Part shown: positions 38,631 through 48,467 of the stretch, in pieces
Layout: each line of letters starts with the position of its first letter
Numbering within the stretch: the first letter of the stretch is position 1
Sequence record: SRR31156797_94
Length of the DNA stretch: 56,323 nt
Direction: 5' to 3' (one strand)
Program-made: the position numbers and the translations under genes
The notes under the pieces: model-generated
The model's database searches: none
What the model saw: only the letters and a program-made list of their open reading frames with translations
Told to the model about the DNA's origin: nothing

Positions 38631-40220
38631 ATGGGAAAAGAGACCGTGAAAATAGGAATAGTATTGGATGGATTGATTACTCCATTATGGGTAGATGAGC
38701 TGTTTAGAAGAATCAATAATGATCATCACCTTGAAATAAAATTGTTGGTGTTTTGCCAGAGGAAAAGGAGTAACCGGATTAAAAAGCCTTTTTTGTATCG
38801 GATTTATGAAGCAATGGAGCATATGCTGTTTTGGAATTTTACAGCGTACACCAAAAAAAAAGATATTTCAGATGAAATTAAAGATGTGGTGAATATTTCT
38901 TTTGAGGAAGATATTAAGGAAATCAGTATGGTTATACAAGCCTACAGATTAGATGTTATCCTTAATTTGAGTTCGTATTTATTTGAAGGTTCGCATTTAT
39001 ATATAGCCAAACATGGTGTGTGGAATTACTGTGTAGAATATCAGAATCCTATTCGAACAAATTCAAATTTATATAGAAAAGTGGTTCAAAAAGAACCGGT
39101 GGTAAAGGCCTCTGTAAAGTGTATCAATGGAATTTATGAAACCACTTCGGTTATATATAGTAGTTGGTTGGCCACAAATTTTCATTCTGTATTTTTAACA
39201 TATAATCCGGTGTTGGCTCTGGGTGCCATAAGTATTTACAGATTACTTAAGGGTATTTATTTATATGGAGATTATTATATAGAATCATTTACATTAAAAT
39301 ATAATGAAAGAGCAGTTCATGAATGTATAAGTGGATTATGGCCGGAGAATTGGACAATATTTATTAATTTTTTTAAAATACTTAGCAGGTACACGCAACA
39401 TAAAATTACCACTCAGTCCAAAACTAAATGGTATTTAATGTTTAAATTAAAATCAACACCATTTCCCAAAGCAATTAATGGCTATAAATATTTGCTTCCT
39501 CCTATTGGTAAATTTTGGGCAGATCCGTTTGTATTAAGTAAGAAGAATAAAAACTATGTGTTTATCGAAGAGTTACCTTTTAAAACAAATAAAGGTTATA
39601 TCAGCTTGTTAGAACTTGATAAATCAGGATCGCTTCTAAAATCTGAACGAATTTTAGAACAGCCCTATCATATGTCCTATCCATTTGTTTTTGAGTATCA
39701 AAACGAATACTATATGTTGCCTGAAACTTCTCAAAACAAAACCATTGAATTATACAAATGTGTAAAGTTTCCGGAAAAATGGACATTTGTAATGACATTA
39801 ATGGATGAGGTAAATGCCAAAGATACAACCTTGTATTATTACCGGAATAAGTGGTGGATGTTTACCGCAATTAATGAGTCGTCGGGCAATTCGGAGCACC
39901 TGGAGTTATTCTTGTTTTACTCTGATCAGCTGTTTTCTAAACAATGGATTCCTCATATTCAAAATCCAATAGTTAGCGATATAAGAAATGCACGTTCAGC
40001 TGGTAAGATATTTAAAGATGGCGATAATATTTACAGACCATCGCAGGATTGCTCAGAGCGGTACGGCAAAGCGATAAATATTAATCAGATTGTTGAACTG
40101 GACGAATTATCCTTTAAGGAAATCCCTGTCACAAAATTTGAAGCCAACTGGAATTCAAAGTTAAAGGGAACCCATACTTTTAATTTTGATGAAAACTTTA
40201 CGGTTATAGATGTCTATTAA
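38631..40220 (+). CDS. Two-domain protein: degenerate formyltransferase-like N-terminus plus GINT1-N/GH43-like beta-propeller
   Basis: LDVILNL...KHGVW N-terminal segment; FWADPF, FIEE, HMSYPFVF, YMLPET, ARSAG, RPSQDC..YG, GTHTFN. Confidence 0.6.
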   Translation: MGKETVKIGIVLDGLITPLWVDELFRRINNDHHLEIKLLVFCQRKRSNRIKKPFLYRIYEAMEHMLFWNFTAYTKKKDISDEIKDVVNISFEEDIKEISMVIQAYRLDVILNLSSYLFEGSHLYIAKHGVWNYCVEYQNPIRTNSNLYRKVVQKEPVVKASVKCINGIYETTSVIYSSWLATNFHSVFLTYNPVLALGAISIYRLLKGIYLYGDYYIESFTLKYNERAVHECISGLWPENWTIFINFFKILSRYTQHKITTQSKTKWYLMFKLKSTPFPKAINGYKYLLPPIGKFWADPFVLSKKNKNYVFIEELPFKTNKGYISLLELDKSGSLLKSERILEQPYHMSYPFVFEYQNEYYMLPETSQNKTIELYKCVKFPEKWTFVMTLMDEVNAKDTTLYYYRNKWWMFTAINESSGNSEHLELFLFYSDQLFSKQWIPHIQNPIVSDIRNARSAGKIFKDGDNIYRPSQDCSERYGKAININQIVELDELSFKEIPVTKFEANWNSKLKGTHTFNFDENFTVIDVY

Positions 40221-41521
40221 TGGGGAAAGCGACTATTCATAATTCTTATTTAAAAGGATTCATATTTCTGAATCTTGTAGGATTAGCATTTTTATTGGGA
40301 TGTAAAAAATCACATCCTAAAACGGATATAAAATGGTCTAAAACTGCTTTCTATGTGGCAAAAGATGGAGATGATAATAGCTCAGGAAGTTATAATGCAC
40401 CTTGGTCCACCTGGGAAAAAGCATTTTTATCAGCTGAAGCAGGAGATACAGTTTACATTAGAGGAGGGGTTTATTATGCCGATAATGAAGATGAGTATGG
40501 TGTTTTTATTTCGAATAAGAGAGGAACAAAACAAGAGCCGATTTGTATTTTTAATTATCCCGGGGAAACACCCGTTTTAAACTGCTCACGGATTAAGAAT
40601 TCCACAGAAAAGTATGGGATTTTACTAACCAACTGTACTCAATTTCATTTAAAAGGCTTGGCCATTACCGGAGTTAACCAAGGTTCTGTGAAAGCAGAGG
40701 TTCGTGGTTTTGGCTTTGAAAAAGGAGGCAAGTACATTGTTGAGCGTTGTACTTCGTTTAAAAATGAAGGGCCTGGGTTTTTTGGATATAAGCTTGATTC
40801 TATTTCTCTTATTCAATGTGATTCATATGATAATTTTGATGCACTAACAGAAGGTTATTCAGGAGGACATGCAGATGGATTTGTCTTTACTTATGCTTCC
40901 AAAGACTCATATACTTACTATACAGAGTGCAGGTCGTGGTATAATTCGGATGATGGATATGATTGCTGGCAAAATGAAGGCGTGGTCGTTTTTGAAAATT
41001 GTTGGGCATTTAATAACGGAAGGGGAGATGGTGATGGAGGCGGTTTTAAACTAGGTGAAACCAATGAGGTTCCATCGGCTTATTCGCAACGAATTTTAAG
41101 CAACTGCATGGCATTTTATAATCGATTTATAGGATTTAATCAGAACAATGGAAATGTAAGGATGGAATTCTACAATAACATTGCTTACGCTAATGATAAC
41201 ATTGGGTTTGATATTGGCCAATATGAAAATGTAATGATTGTAAGAAATAACATAAGTTTTAAAAATAAATGGCCAGCGTATTATGTGCCGGAAAATAATG
41301 ATCATAATAGCTGGAATTCTTCAACTGAGGTAGTCGTTGAAGATGCAGATTTCATGAGTCTTGATTCAAGTGGTGTTTCAGGAAAAAGACGAAATGATGG
41401 TAAATTACCTAAGCTTCAGTTCTTAAAAATTGTGTATGGGAGTGATCTGAAAGAAGCTGGTATTGATGTTGGTTTACCTTATGAAGGGAACTTCCCTGAT
41501 TTAGGACCTTATTTCGAATAA
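40220..41521 (+). CDS. Lipoprotein right-handed beta-helix, PL9 (Pel9A)-like lyase, paralog 2
   Basis: LLGC lipobox; FYVAKDGDD, AGDTVYIRGG, ADGF, NSDDGYD, GGGFKLG, FPDLGPYFE; clear paralog of 30017-31315. Confidence 0.75.
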   Translation: MGKATIHNSYLKGFIFLNLVGLAFLLGCKKSHPKTDIKWSKTAFYVAKDGDDNSSGSYNAPWSTWEKAFLSAEAGDTVYIRGGVYYADNEDEYGVFISNKRGTKQEPICIFNYPGETPVLNCSRIKNSTEKYGILLTNCTQFHLKGLAITGVNQGSVKAEVRGFGFEKGGKYIVERCTSFKNEGPGFFGYKLDSISLIQCDSYDNFDALTEGYSGGHADGFVFTYASKDSYTYYTECRSWYNSDDGYDCWQNEGVVVFENCWAFNNGRGDGDGGGFKLGETNEVPSAYSQRILSNCMAFYNRFIGFNQNNGNVRMEFYNNIAYANDNIGFDIGQYENVMIVRNNISFKNKWPAYYVPENNDHNSWNSSTEVVVEDADFMSLDSSGVSGKRRNDGKLPKLQFLKIVYGSDLKEAGIDVGLPYEGNFPDLGPYFE

Positions 41522-41778
41522 TTAATAGCAGGAAGAATATGGTAGCCATAAGATTTGGAAGTGAAGAATCAATGGTGTTGTTTTTGCTTTTAAATTATCA
41601 AATTCCTTAATGAAATTGATTTTAGTTAAGGATGTGCTCTCAAATAATTTCATAGTCATACGGACTAGAAATATTCGCTATGTATAAGAGTTACAGTTTG
41701 TGTATAGGAGGGATGTTGAGCTTATACTGTTTTAGGTATAAAGTCGACGAACAATTGTACTACGTTAAGAGAGTTATT

Positions 41779-43707
41779 ATGAAGAAGTTTTTACTTAAGT
41801 TAATGAATAGTAAGGTAATTTCTCCCTGGTGGGTTTTAGCCATTGATATGTTAATAGTGGCAAATGCTTTTTTTATAGCATTCCTGCTCCGGTTAAGCTT
41901 TCAATTATCATCCTTGTATGTCTGGGATATGGTTGCCTCTGGCGCTACCGTTTTAGCCATATATTTATTTACATATCTTGTAACCGGAACCTACAAAGGC
42001 GTTGTGCGACATAGTAATTATTTCGAATTAAAAGTATTAATTATAGCCTGTTTTAAAGCTTTTGTACTAGCCTTGTTTGCAGAATTAGTGTTTAGCGCTT
42101 ATGAAGTTAGCTGGTGGAAAATACCAAGGTTGGTTTTGTTTTTTCATTTTCTGTTAACAGCAATGATTAGTTTTGCTTTTCGTTTTGTTGTAAAAGAAAC
42201 ATACTATTATCTAACCAAACGTCATGCTATCATAAATACTTTAATTTATGGAGCAGGTAATATGGGGCAAATTGCCCTGGAAGCAATTCGTAGTGATAAG
42301 GATAATGATTTTCAGGTAGTGGGTTTTATTGATGATAATCCCATTAAATGGAATGTGAAATTACATTCGATGCCTGTGATAAGTTGGGAAACGGCCAAAT
42401 ACAACAAGTTAAAAAACGAGATTAAGGTTATTATTCTGGCCATTGATAATATTTCGGTAGGACGTAAAAAAGAGATTGCCAAAGAATGCGTGGAAATGGG
42501 CTGGACTCTTAAGGTTATGCCAACGGTGGGTAATTGGGTAAATGGTATTTCAAACAGAAAACAAATTAGAGATATTCGAATTGAAGATATCTTAGGACGC
42601 AAAGAAATTCAGCTTGATCTTCGACGAATTTCAATGGGTCTGGAAAATAAAACAGTATTAGTTTCTGGAGCAGCCGGATCTATTGGTTCCGAAATTGTTA
42701 GGCAACTGTTACGTTTTCCTATTAAGAAAATCGTTTTACTCGACATTGCAGAATCTGCTTTATACGATTTACAGCAAGAATTGGTGTTGAGTTATTATGA
42801 TGTTCCTTTTGAATTGGTGTTAGCTGATTTTACCAATAGTTACCGAATGCGACAGGTGTTTGAGGAATATAGACCTAATATAATATACAATGCTGCAGCG
42901 TATAAGCATGTGCCATTGATGGAAGCCAATCCATATGAAGCCATTCGTGTGAATATTGGAGGAACTAAATTAATTGCCGATCTGGCTGTTGAATTCAATG
43001 TGGAAAAATTTGTGATGGTGTCTACCGATAAGGCGGTTAATCCAACTAATGTTATGGGAGCATCAAAAAGAATTTGCGAAATTTATATTCAGTCATTAGC
43101 ATACAGAGTAGGAATGCCAACATCCTTTATTACTACACGATTTGGTAATGTATTGGGCTCGAATGGTTCTGTGGTTCCTTTATTTAAAAAACAAATAGCA
43201 CAAGGAGGACCGGTTACGGTAACGCACCCTGAAATAACCCGCTTTTTTATGACGATACCGGAAGCAAGCCAGTTGGTTTTAGAAGCCGGTTTCATGGGTA
43301 ATGGAGGTGAAATATTTGTATTTGATATGGGAGAACCGGTTAAAATTGATGATTTGGCTAAAGAAATGATTCAATTGGCAGGATTAAAACTAGGAATTGA
43401 TATTGATGTGATTTATACAGGGTTAAGACCCGGAGAAAAATTATATGAAGAGCTATTGGCAACCAAAGAAAACAATAAACCAACACATCATGAATCTATT
43501 ATGATAGGTCAGGTCAGAATATACGACTATCATGATATTAATAGGATGGTGGTTGATTTATTAAGTGTTTTAGGATTGGAAGACGATTGGCTATTAGTAA
43601 ACCGAATGAAAGATTTAGTTCCTGAGTTTGTTTCTAATAACAGTACCTTTACTTCTTTAGACCAAAATAAAAAGGTGAAAGACATGGTGAATTCTGTAAA
43701 AGAATAG
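41779..43707 (+). CDS. Membrane-bound UDP-GlcNAc 4,6-dehydratase (PglF/CapD/WbpM family)
   Basis: Start taken at ATG 41779; 4 TMs, IYGAG, GFIDD, SGAAGSIGSE, AAYKHVPLME, STDKAVNPTNVMGASKR, RFGNVLGSNGSV, GLRPGEKLYEE. Confidence 0.93.
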   Translation: MKKFLLKLMNSKVISPWWVLAIDMLIVANAFFIAFLLRLSFQLSSLYVWDMVASGATVLAIYLFTYLVTGTYKGVVRHSNYFELKVLIIACFKAFVLALFAELVFSAYEVSWWKIPRLVLFFHFLLTAMISFAFRFVVKETYYYLTKRHAIINTLIYGAGNMGQIALEAIRSDKDNDFQVVGFIDDNPIKWNVKLHSMPVISWETAKYNKLKNEIKVIILAIDNISVGRKKEIAKECVEMGWTLKVMPTVGNWVNGISNRKQIRDIRIEDILGRKEIQLDLRRISMGLENKTVLVSGAAGSIGSEIVRQLLRFPIKKIVLLDIAESALYDLQQELVLSYYDVPFELVLADFTNSYRMRQVFEEYRPNIIYNAAAYKHVPLMEANPYEAIRVNIGGTKLIADLAVEFNVEKFVMVSTDKAVNPTNVMGASKRICEIYIQSLAYRVGMPTSFITTRFGNVLGSNGSVVPLFKKQIAQGGPVTVTHPEITRFFMTIPEASQLVLEAGFMGNGGEIFVFDMGEPVKIDDLAKEMIQLAGLKLGIDIDVIYTGLRPGEKLYEELLATKENNKPTHHESIMIGQVRIYDYHDINRMVVDLLSVLGLEDDWLLVNRMKDLVPEFVSNNSTFTSLDQNKKVKDMVNSVKE

Positions 43708-43723
43708 TTCTTATAGACTGTAA

Positions 43724-44113
43724 CTATTGATGCGTTCCTGTTTTGTAAAACCACATACCATTTTCTTTTACAAAATGGGAATTCTCATGTATACACTCCA
43801 TTTTTCCTCCATCTTCATAAAATGCTTTAAACTCAACATAGCCTTCTACATCCAGACTTGCTCCTTTTTTAGTTGATATTACTTCCAGTCTTAACCATTT
43901 AACCGATTTTGCCCATTTTAAAATACTCTTTCGTTCTTTGGTAGGGCGCGTTTCTTTATGGTGGGTGTTTAATAAGTAATTGATATTTGCAGTAACAAAA
44001 GCGCAGTATCGAGATCTCATTAACTCTTCTGCTGTTGCAGCATTTCGTTTTCCCTCTAACAGAGGTTCACAACAGTCGCTGTATGTTTTACCAGAGTTGC
44101 AATAGCATGCCAT
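43724..44113 (-). CDS. ychJ: YchJ (UPF0225) family SEC-C motif protein
   Basis: CYCNSGKTYSDCC, TAEELMRSRY.AF, VEFKA, HENSHF...WFY. Confidence 0.9.
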   Translation of the reverse strand: MACYCNSGKTYSDCCEPLLEGKRNAATAEELMRSRYCAFVTANINYLLNTHHKETRPTKERKSILKWAKSVKWLRLEVISTKKGASLDVEGYVEFKAFYEDGGKMECIHENSHFVKENGMWFYKTGTHQ

Positions 44114-44142
44114 TTTATGAAAGTTTAAAATTTAAAACCAGA

Positions 44143-44150
44143 CAAAAGTA
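44143..44150 (-). promoter_or_regulatory. -7 box (TACTTTTG) for ychJ
   Basis: TAnnTTTG on the minus strand about 30 nt upstream of the ATG. Confidence 0.55.
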
Positions 44151-44153
44151 AAT

Positions 44154-44194
44154 AAAAAAGCACACCCGGGTTAACTTTTTAACCACAGGTGTGC
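44154..44194 (-). terminator. Intrinsic terminator of the RND operon
   Basis: GCACACC...GGTGTGC stem with inner GGTTAA/TTAACC, followed on the minus strand by a T6 tract. Confidence 0.75.
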
Positions 44195-44224
44195 AGCGCA
44201 AACAATCAAAGATAATTGTGTATC

Positions 44225-47200
44225 TTAATTTAACGTGTTTTCATATTTTTCAACATGGAGTTCCTTTATCGTTTCCGGAGTCTTGTTTTTAATAGCAAAA
44301 CGATCGAAAATCAGATATAAAAGCGGCACTACAAGGAAAGATAAAAACATCGATCCTGTTAATCCTCCAATTAGAACCCAACCTAAACCAGTTTTCCACT
44401 CAGCACCTGCTCCTGAAGCTAAAGCTAATGGAAGTAAGCCTACAATTAGTGATAGGTTAGTCATCAAAATAGGACGATAACGTACAGCAGTCGCTTCTTT
44501 AATAGCATCAAACGCCTTTCTACCTTCGCTTTGTAATTCGTTGGCAAAATCTACTACCAGAATAGCATTTTTGGCAACAAGCCCCATAAGCATAATGATA
44601 CCCATAATGGAGAACATACTTAAACTTTTTCCGGCCAGAGCTAAAGCTAAAAATGCACCTATTAAACTCAATGGCAAGGATAACATTACCACCAATGGAT
44701 ACACATAACTGTCGTATAATCCAACCATAATAAGGTACATAAAGATGATAGAGGCTAAAAGAGCAATTAATAAGCTGGTACCTGATTCCGAAGCACGTTC
44801 CATTTCTCCTGCATAAATAACATCAACTCCGGATGGTTTATTGGCCTGCTCAAGTTTTTCCTTTAATTCTGCACCAACTGTACCAACTGTTTTACCAATA
44901 ACATTTCCTGTAATTTTTACGGCAGGAATCTTATTAAAACGCATTAATCCAGATGGACTTTCCTGCTCCACAATATCCGCAACCTGAGATAACCTTACCA
45001 ATTGTCCTGCACGATTCATAAATGAGATGTTCTCAATATCTTCCTTGTTTTCTTTATCGAATTCATCCAGTGATATATAAATATCGTATTCGTTATTTCC
45101 ATCTTTGTATTTGTAATCGCGATTTCCTTCGTAAGCCAAATACATTTGAGCACCTATTTCTCCAATAGTTAAGCCCATTTTAGCTAACTTTTCACGGTTG
45201 AAGTTTACTACATATTCTTTATTTCCACCTTCTACAGAAGATTCAATATCTCCGGTACCACCCATATTTCTTAAAATATCAGTAATCGTTTCACTATATT
45301 CCTCTGCTTGTTCAAGATCTATACTTCTAACATATATTTCTAGAGGAGTACTGGTAGTTCCTAACATACTGATTTGAGAAATACTAAATGACGGACCTGC
45401 AAACATGGCTCCTAATGAGTTTCTCATCTGAATTGAAAACAGATTTGTGTTCATGGCACGATCTTTCTTATCAACAAGTTTTACAATAAACTCAGCTGCA
45501 TAAGGTGTTTCAACTGTAGAAAGGCCGTTTCCTCTGGAACCTACTTTAGTGTAGATGTTTTTTACTTCCGGATGCTTTCTCATCTCAGCTTCAACCTTTG
45601 AACACATGGCATTGGTTTTTTCAAGTGTACTTGATTTTTCCAATTCCATTACCATTACAAATTCACCACGGTCACCTGCATCCATAAACTCAGTCTGAAT
45701 AAACCCGCCACCTATCAGGTAAAAGGAACCAAATAACATAACCGTACAAATAGCAATACTCGTTTTTCTATATTTTAAAACAATATCCAGGATAGACATT
45801 AGGCCTTTTTCTGTGGCTGTGATAATACGTTCAAAACCTTGAAGGAATTGATCGAACTTGCTCTTTTTGTTCCAAACTTTTAGTTTTCCGAATCGGGATG
45901 TTAAGAGTGGAACTAAAGTAAATGATACGAGCAAACTGATGAGGATAGATACTACAATGGTTAATGAGAAAGAACGTAGCAGCTGCCCTGTCATACCATC
46001 AGTTAAACCTACCGGTAAGAAAACAGCAATCAACACAAGTGTAATTGAGATTACGGTTAAACCAATTTCTTTGGTTGCATCAAGTGATGCTTTGATTCTT
46101 GACTTTCCCATCTCCAGGTGACGGTAGATATTCTCTAATACAACAATGGCATCATCTACAATTGAACCAATTACAATTGAAAGAGCTAATAAGGTTAACA
46201 GGTTTAATGAAAAACCAAATAAGTAGAAAAACAAAAATGTAGAAACAACAGAAGTCGGTATGGATATTAAAATAAAAATCAGGTTACGGAAGGTATGCAA
46301 AAATAATAGCATAGTTACCGAAACCAGAATAATAGCAAATATTAAGTCCATCATTACGCTATCGATAGCCTCATCTGTAAATACAGATGTATCTGTAGCG
46401 ATTGTGAATTTAAGATTTTGAGCTTCATAATCTTTTTCAAACTCAGCTAAAATTGCTTGAACATCTTTACTGATATCAACCGCATTTCCCTCTTTTTGCT
46501 TTTGAATATTAATACCAATAGTAGGCATTCCATTCATACGAGCCATCATTGAGGCCTTTTTTGTACCGTCTACAACAGAAGCTACATCGCTTAAGTGAAC
46601 AATGTTTCCAGATCTTGATGCTCCGATAATTAAATCACGTATTTCATCCAGGTTTTGAAATTTACCTGATAAACGAACAATATGTTTGGCATTGTCACTT
46701 TTAACACTTCCGGTAGGAAAATCGATGTTCGAAGAACTAATCATTTGTTGTACTTGCATCAACGAAATGTTATTTTGCTCTAGTTTTTGTGCATCAATCT
46801 TAATTTCAATCTGACGCTGGCTACCTCCAATTAGTTCAACTTTAGCCACACCTTTTACTTGTCCCAGCTTTGTTTTTATTTCCTTATCAACAAGGTCATA
46901 AAACTTCTTATCTGGAATATCGGCATTAGCAGCAACATTCATAATTGGGAAACTGTTAACATCAAACTTCATGTATTGAGGATCCTCACATTGTTCAGGT
47001 AAATCCTGAAGAATAGCATTTACTTTTCGTTCGCATTCCTGTAACGAAAGATCGGGATCAATACCATCGTTATACTCAATGGTTACAATAGAAACACTTT
47101 CAAATGATTGAGAAGTAACTTTATCGATACCTTCTAAAGCAGAAACTGCTTCTTCAATTTTCTTGGTTACTGAGCTTTCCACTTCCGAAGGAGCCGCTCC

Positions 47201-47356
47201 CGGATAAATGGTTGAAACTACGTTTACCGGTACTTCCATGTTGGGTGTTAGCTCTTTATTCAGTAAAGAATAGCTAAAAATACCTGCCAAGGCAAGAATG
47301 GTAAACAACACTACGGGAATAGTGGTCCGTTTTACTGATATATCTGAAATCTTCAT
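44225..47356 (-). CDS. RND efflux transporter permease (AcrB/SwrC-like)
   Basis: YPGAAPSEVE, IVDDAIVVLENI, AKNAILVVDF, RYRPILMT; 1043 aa, 12 TM. Confidence 0.95.
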   Translation of the reverse strand: MKISDISVKRTTIPVVLFTILALAGIFSYSLLNKELTPNMEVPVNVVSTIYPGAAPSEVESSVTKKIEEAVSALEGIDKVTSQSFESVSIVTIEYNDGIDPDLSLQECERKVNAILQDLPEQCEDPQYMKFDVNSFPIMNVAANADIPDKKFYDLVDKEIKTKLGQVKGVAKVELIGGSQRQIEIKIDAQKLEQNNISLMQVQQMISSSNIDFPTGSVKSDNAKHIVRLSGKFQNLDEIRDLIIGASRSGNIVHLSDVASVVDGTKKASMMARMNGMPTIGINIQKQKEGNAVDISKDVQAILAEFEKDYEAQNLKFTIATDTSVFTDEAIDSVMMDLIFAIILVSVTMLLFLHTFRNLIFILISIPTSVVSTFLFFYLFGFSLNLLTLLALSIVIGSIVDDAIVVLENIYRHLEMGKSRIKASLDATKEIGLTVISITLVLIAVFLPVGLTDGMTGQLLRSFSLTIVVSILISLLVSFTLVPLLTSRFGKLKVWNKKSKFDQFLQGFERIITATEKGLMSILDIVLKYRKTSIAICTVMLFGSFYLIGGGFIQTEFMDAGDRGEFVMVMELEKSSTLEKTNAMCSKVEAEMRKHPEVKNIYTKVGSRGNGLSTVETPYAAEFIVKLVDKKDRAMNTNLFSIQMRNSLGAMFAGPSFSISQISMLGTTSTPLEIYVRSIDLEQAEEYSETITDILRNMGGTGDIESSVEGGNKEYVVNFNREKLAKMGLTIGEIGAQMYLAYEGNRDYKYKDGNNEYDIYISLDEFDKENKEDIENISFMNRAGQLVRLSQVADIVEQESPSGLMRFNKIPAVKITGNVIGKTVGTVGAELKEKLEQANKPSGVDVIYAGEMERASESGTSLLIALLASIIFMYLIMVGLYDSYVYPLVVMLSLPLSLIGAFLALALAGKSLSMFSIMGIIMLMGLVAKNAILVVDFANELQSEGRKAFDAIKEATAVRYRPILMTNLSLIVGLLPLALASGAGAEWKTGLGWVLIGGLTGSMFLSFLVVPLLYLIFDRFAIKNKTPETIKELHVEKYENTLN

Positions 47357-47375
47357 ATTAAACCTCCTTCACAAA

Positions 47376-48440
47376 TTAGTTCACAACAGTCACTTCGTCA
47401 CCTTCAGTTAAATTTAACTGACCACTCACAATGATTTGCTCCTTACCGGAAAGACCTCTAAGGACTTCAATTTTATTGTTGTCTCCCTGACCAACGATAA
47501 GTTCTCGCTTAATAGCCTTGTTGTTTTCGACAACAAAAATCTCAGGTTTCTCCATACTTCCGATAATGGCAGATTTACTGATTAAGATGTTCTCCTCATT
47601 GGTAACCGGAATTTCAACTTCTGCATATAATCCGGATTTTAATGAAGGTTTCATGTTATTTTCTAATTCAACTTCTACATTAAATTTAAAACCGTCACCT
47701 GCTTTCTCAGCAACAGCACTTACAATACCGGTGAATACTTTATCAGGGAATACAGAAATATAAACGTTAACTTCTTTACCTTTAAATACTTTATAAACTT
47801 GCTTTTCGCTTACGCTTACATTAATAATTAATGAGCTGTTGTCTACAATTTCACAAACCTGAGCACCTCCACCTAACAACTGTCCAACTGAAAGAAAATC
47901 GTTATTGATATACCCTGAAATAGGAGCTTTAATAGAAGTGTTGCTAAGTGCTTTTTGTGCATTGATTAAATCAGCTTTTGCTTTCTTTAAACCAATTTGA
48001 GTTTGTTCTAAGTCGCGCTTTGTAACCGCATTTTCTTTCGACAAACGCTCTAAACGTTCTACATCTTTTTGATATTGTTCGTAGTTGGCTTCAGCAGTTA
48101 GTACATTAGCGGCAATAACTTCATCATCCACTTTTACAATCACATCACCTTTGCGGACTTTATCTCCTTTTTCTTTATAAATACTTGTGATTTTTCCTTG
48201 TGTTTCAGACATTACCATAACCGATTGAGCAGCTTCTAAAACACCGGTTACTTTCAGGTTTTCATCCAATATACCTCTGCTGGCTTTTTCTACCGTTACA
48301 GGTATTTTTTGAACAGTTTGTTGCGCAAAGGCTACGTTGTATTCTACTTCAGATTTGTTTTTGCGTAATTGCATTACCATTAATCCCACAAGCACCACCG
48401 CAATCACAGCAATTATTATTCTTATCATTGTTTTTTTCAT
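47376..48440 (-). CDS. RND periplasmic adaptor (MFP)
   Basis: N-terminal anchor, GDKVRKGD lipoyl motif, IKAPISG, GQLNLTEG. Confidence 0.93.
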   Translation of the reverse strand: MKKTMIRIIIAVIAVVLVGLMVMQLRKNKSEVEYNVAFAQQTVQKIPVTVEKASRGILDENLKVTGVLEAAQSVMVMSETQGKITSIYKEKGDKVRKGDVIVKVDDEVIAANVLTAEANYEQYQKDVERLERLSKENAVTKRDLEQTQIGLKKAKADLINAQKALSNTSIKAPISGYINNDFLSVGQLLGGGAQVCEIVDNSSLIINVSVSEKQVYKVFKGKEVNVYISVFPDKVFTGIVSAVAEKAGDGFKFNVEVELENNMKPSLKSGLYAEVEIPVTNEENILISKSAIIGSMEKPEIFVVENNKAIKRELIVGQGDNNKIEVLRGLSGKEQIIVSGQLNLTEGDEVTVVN

Positions 48441-48467
48441 GATCTTATATTTTTCTTTTACCCTTAT

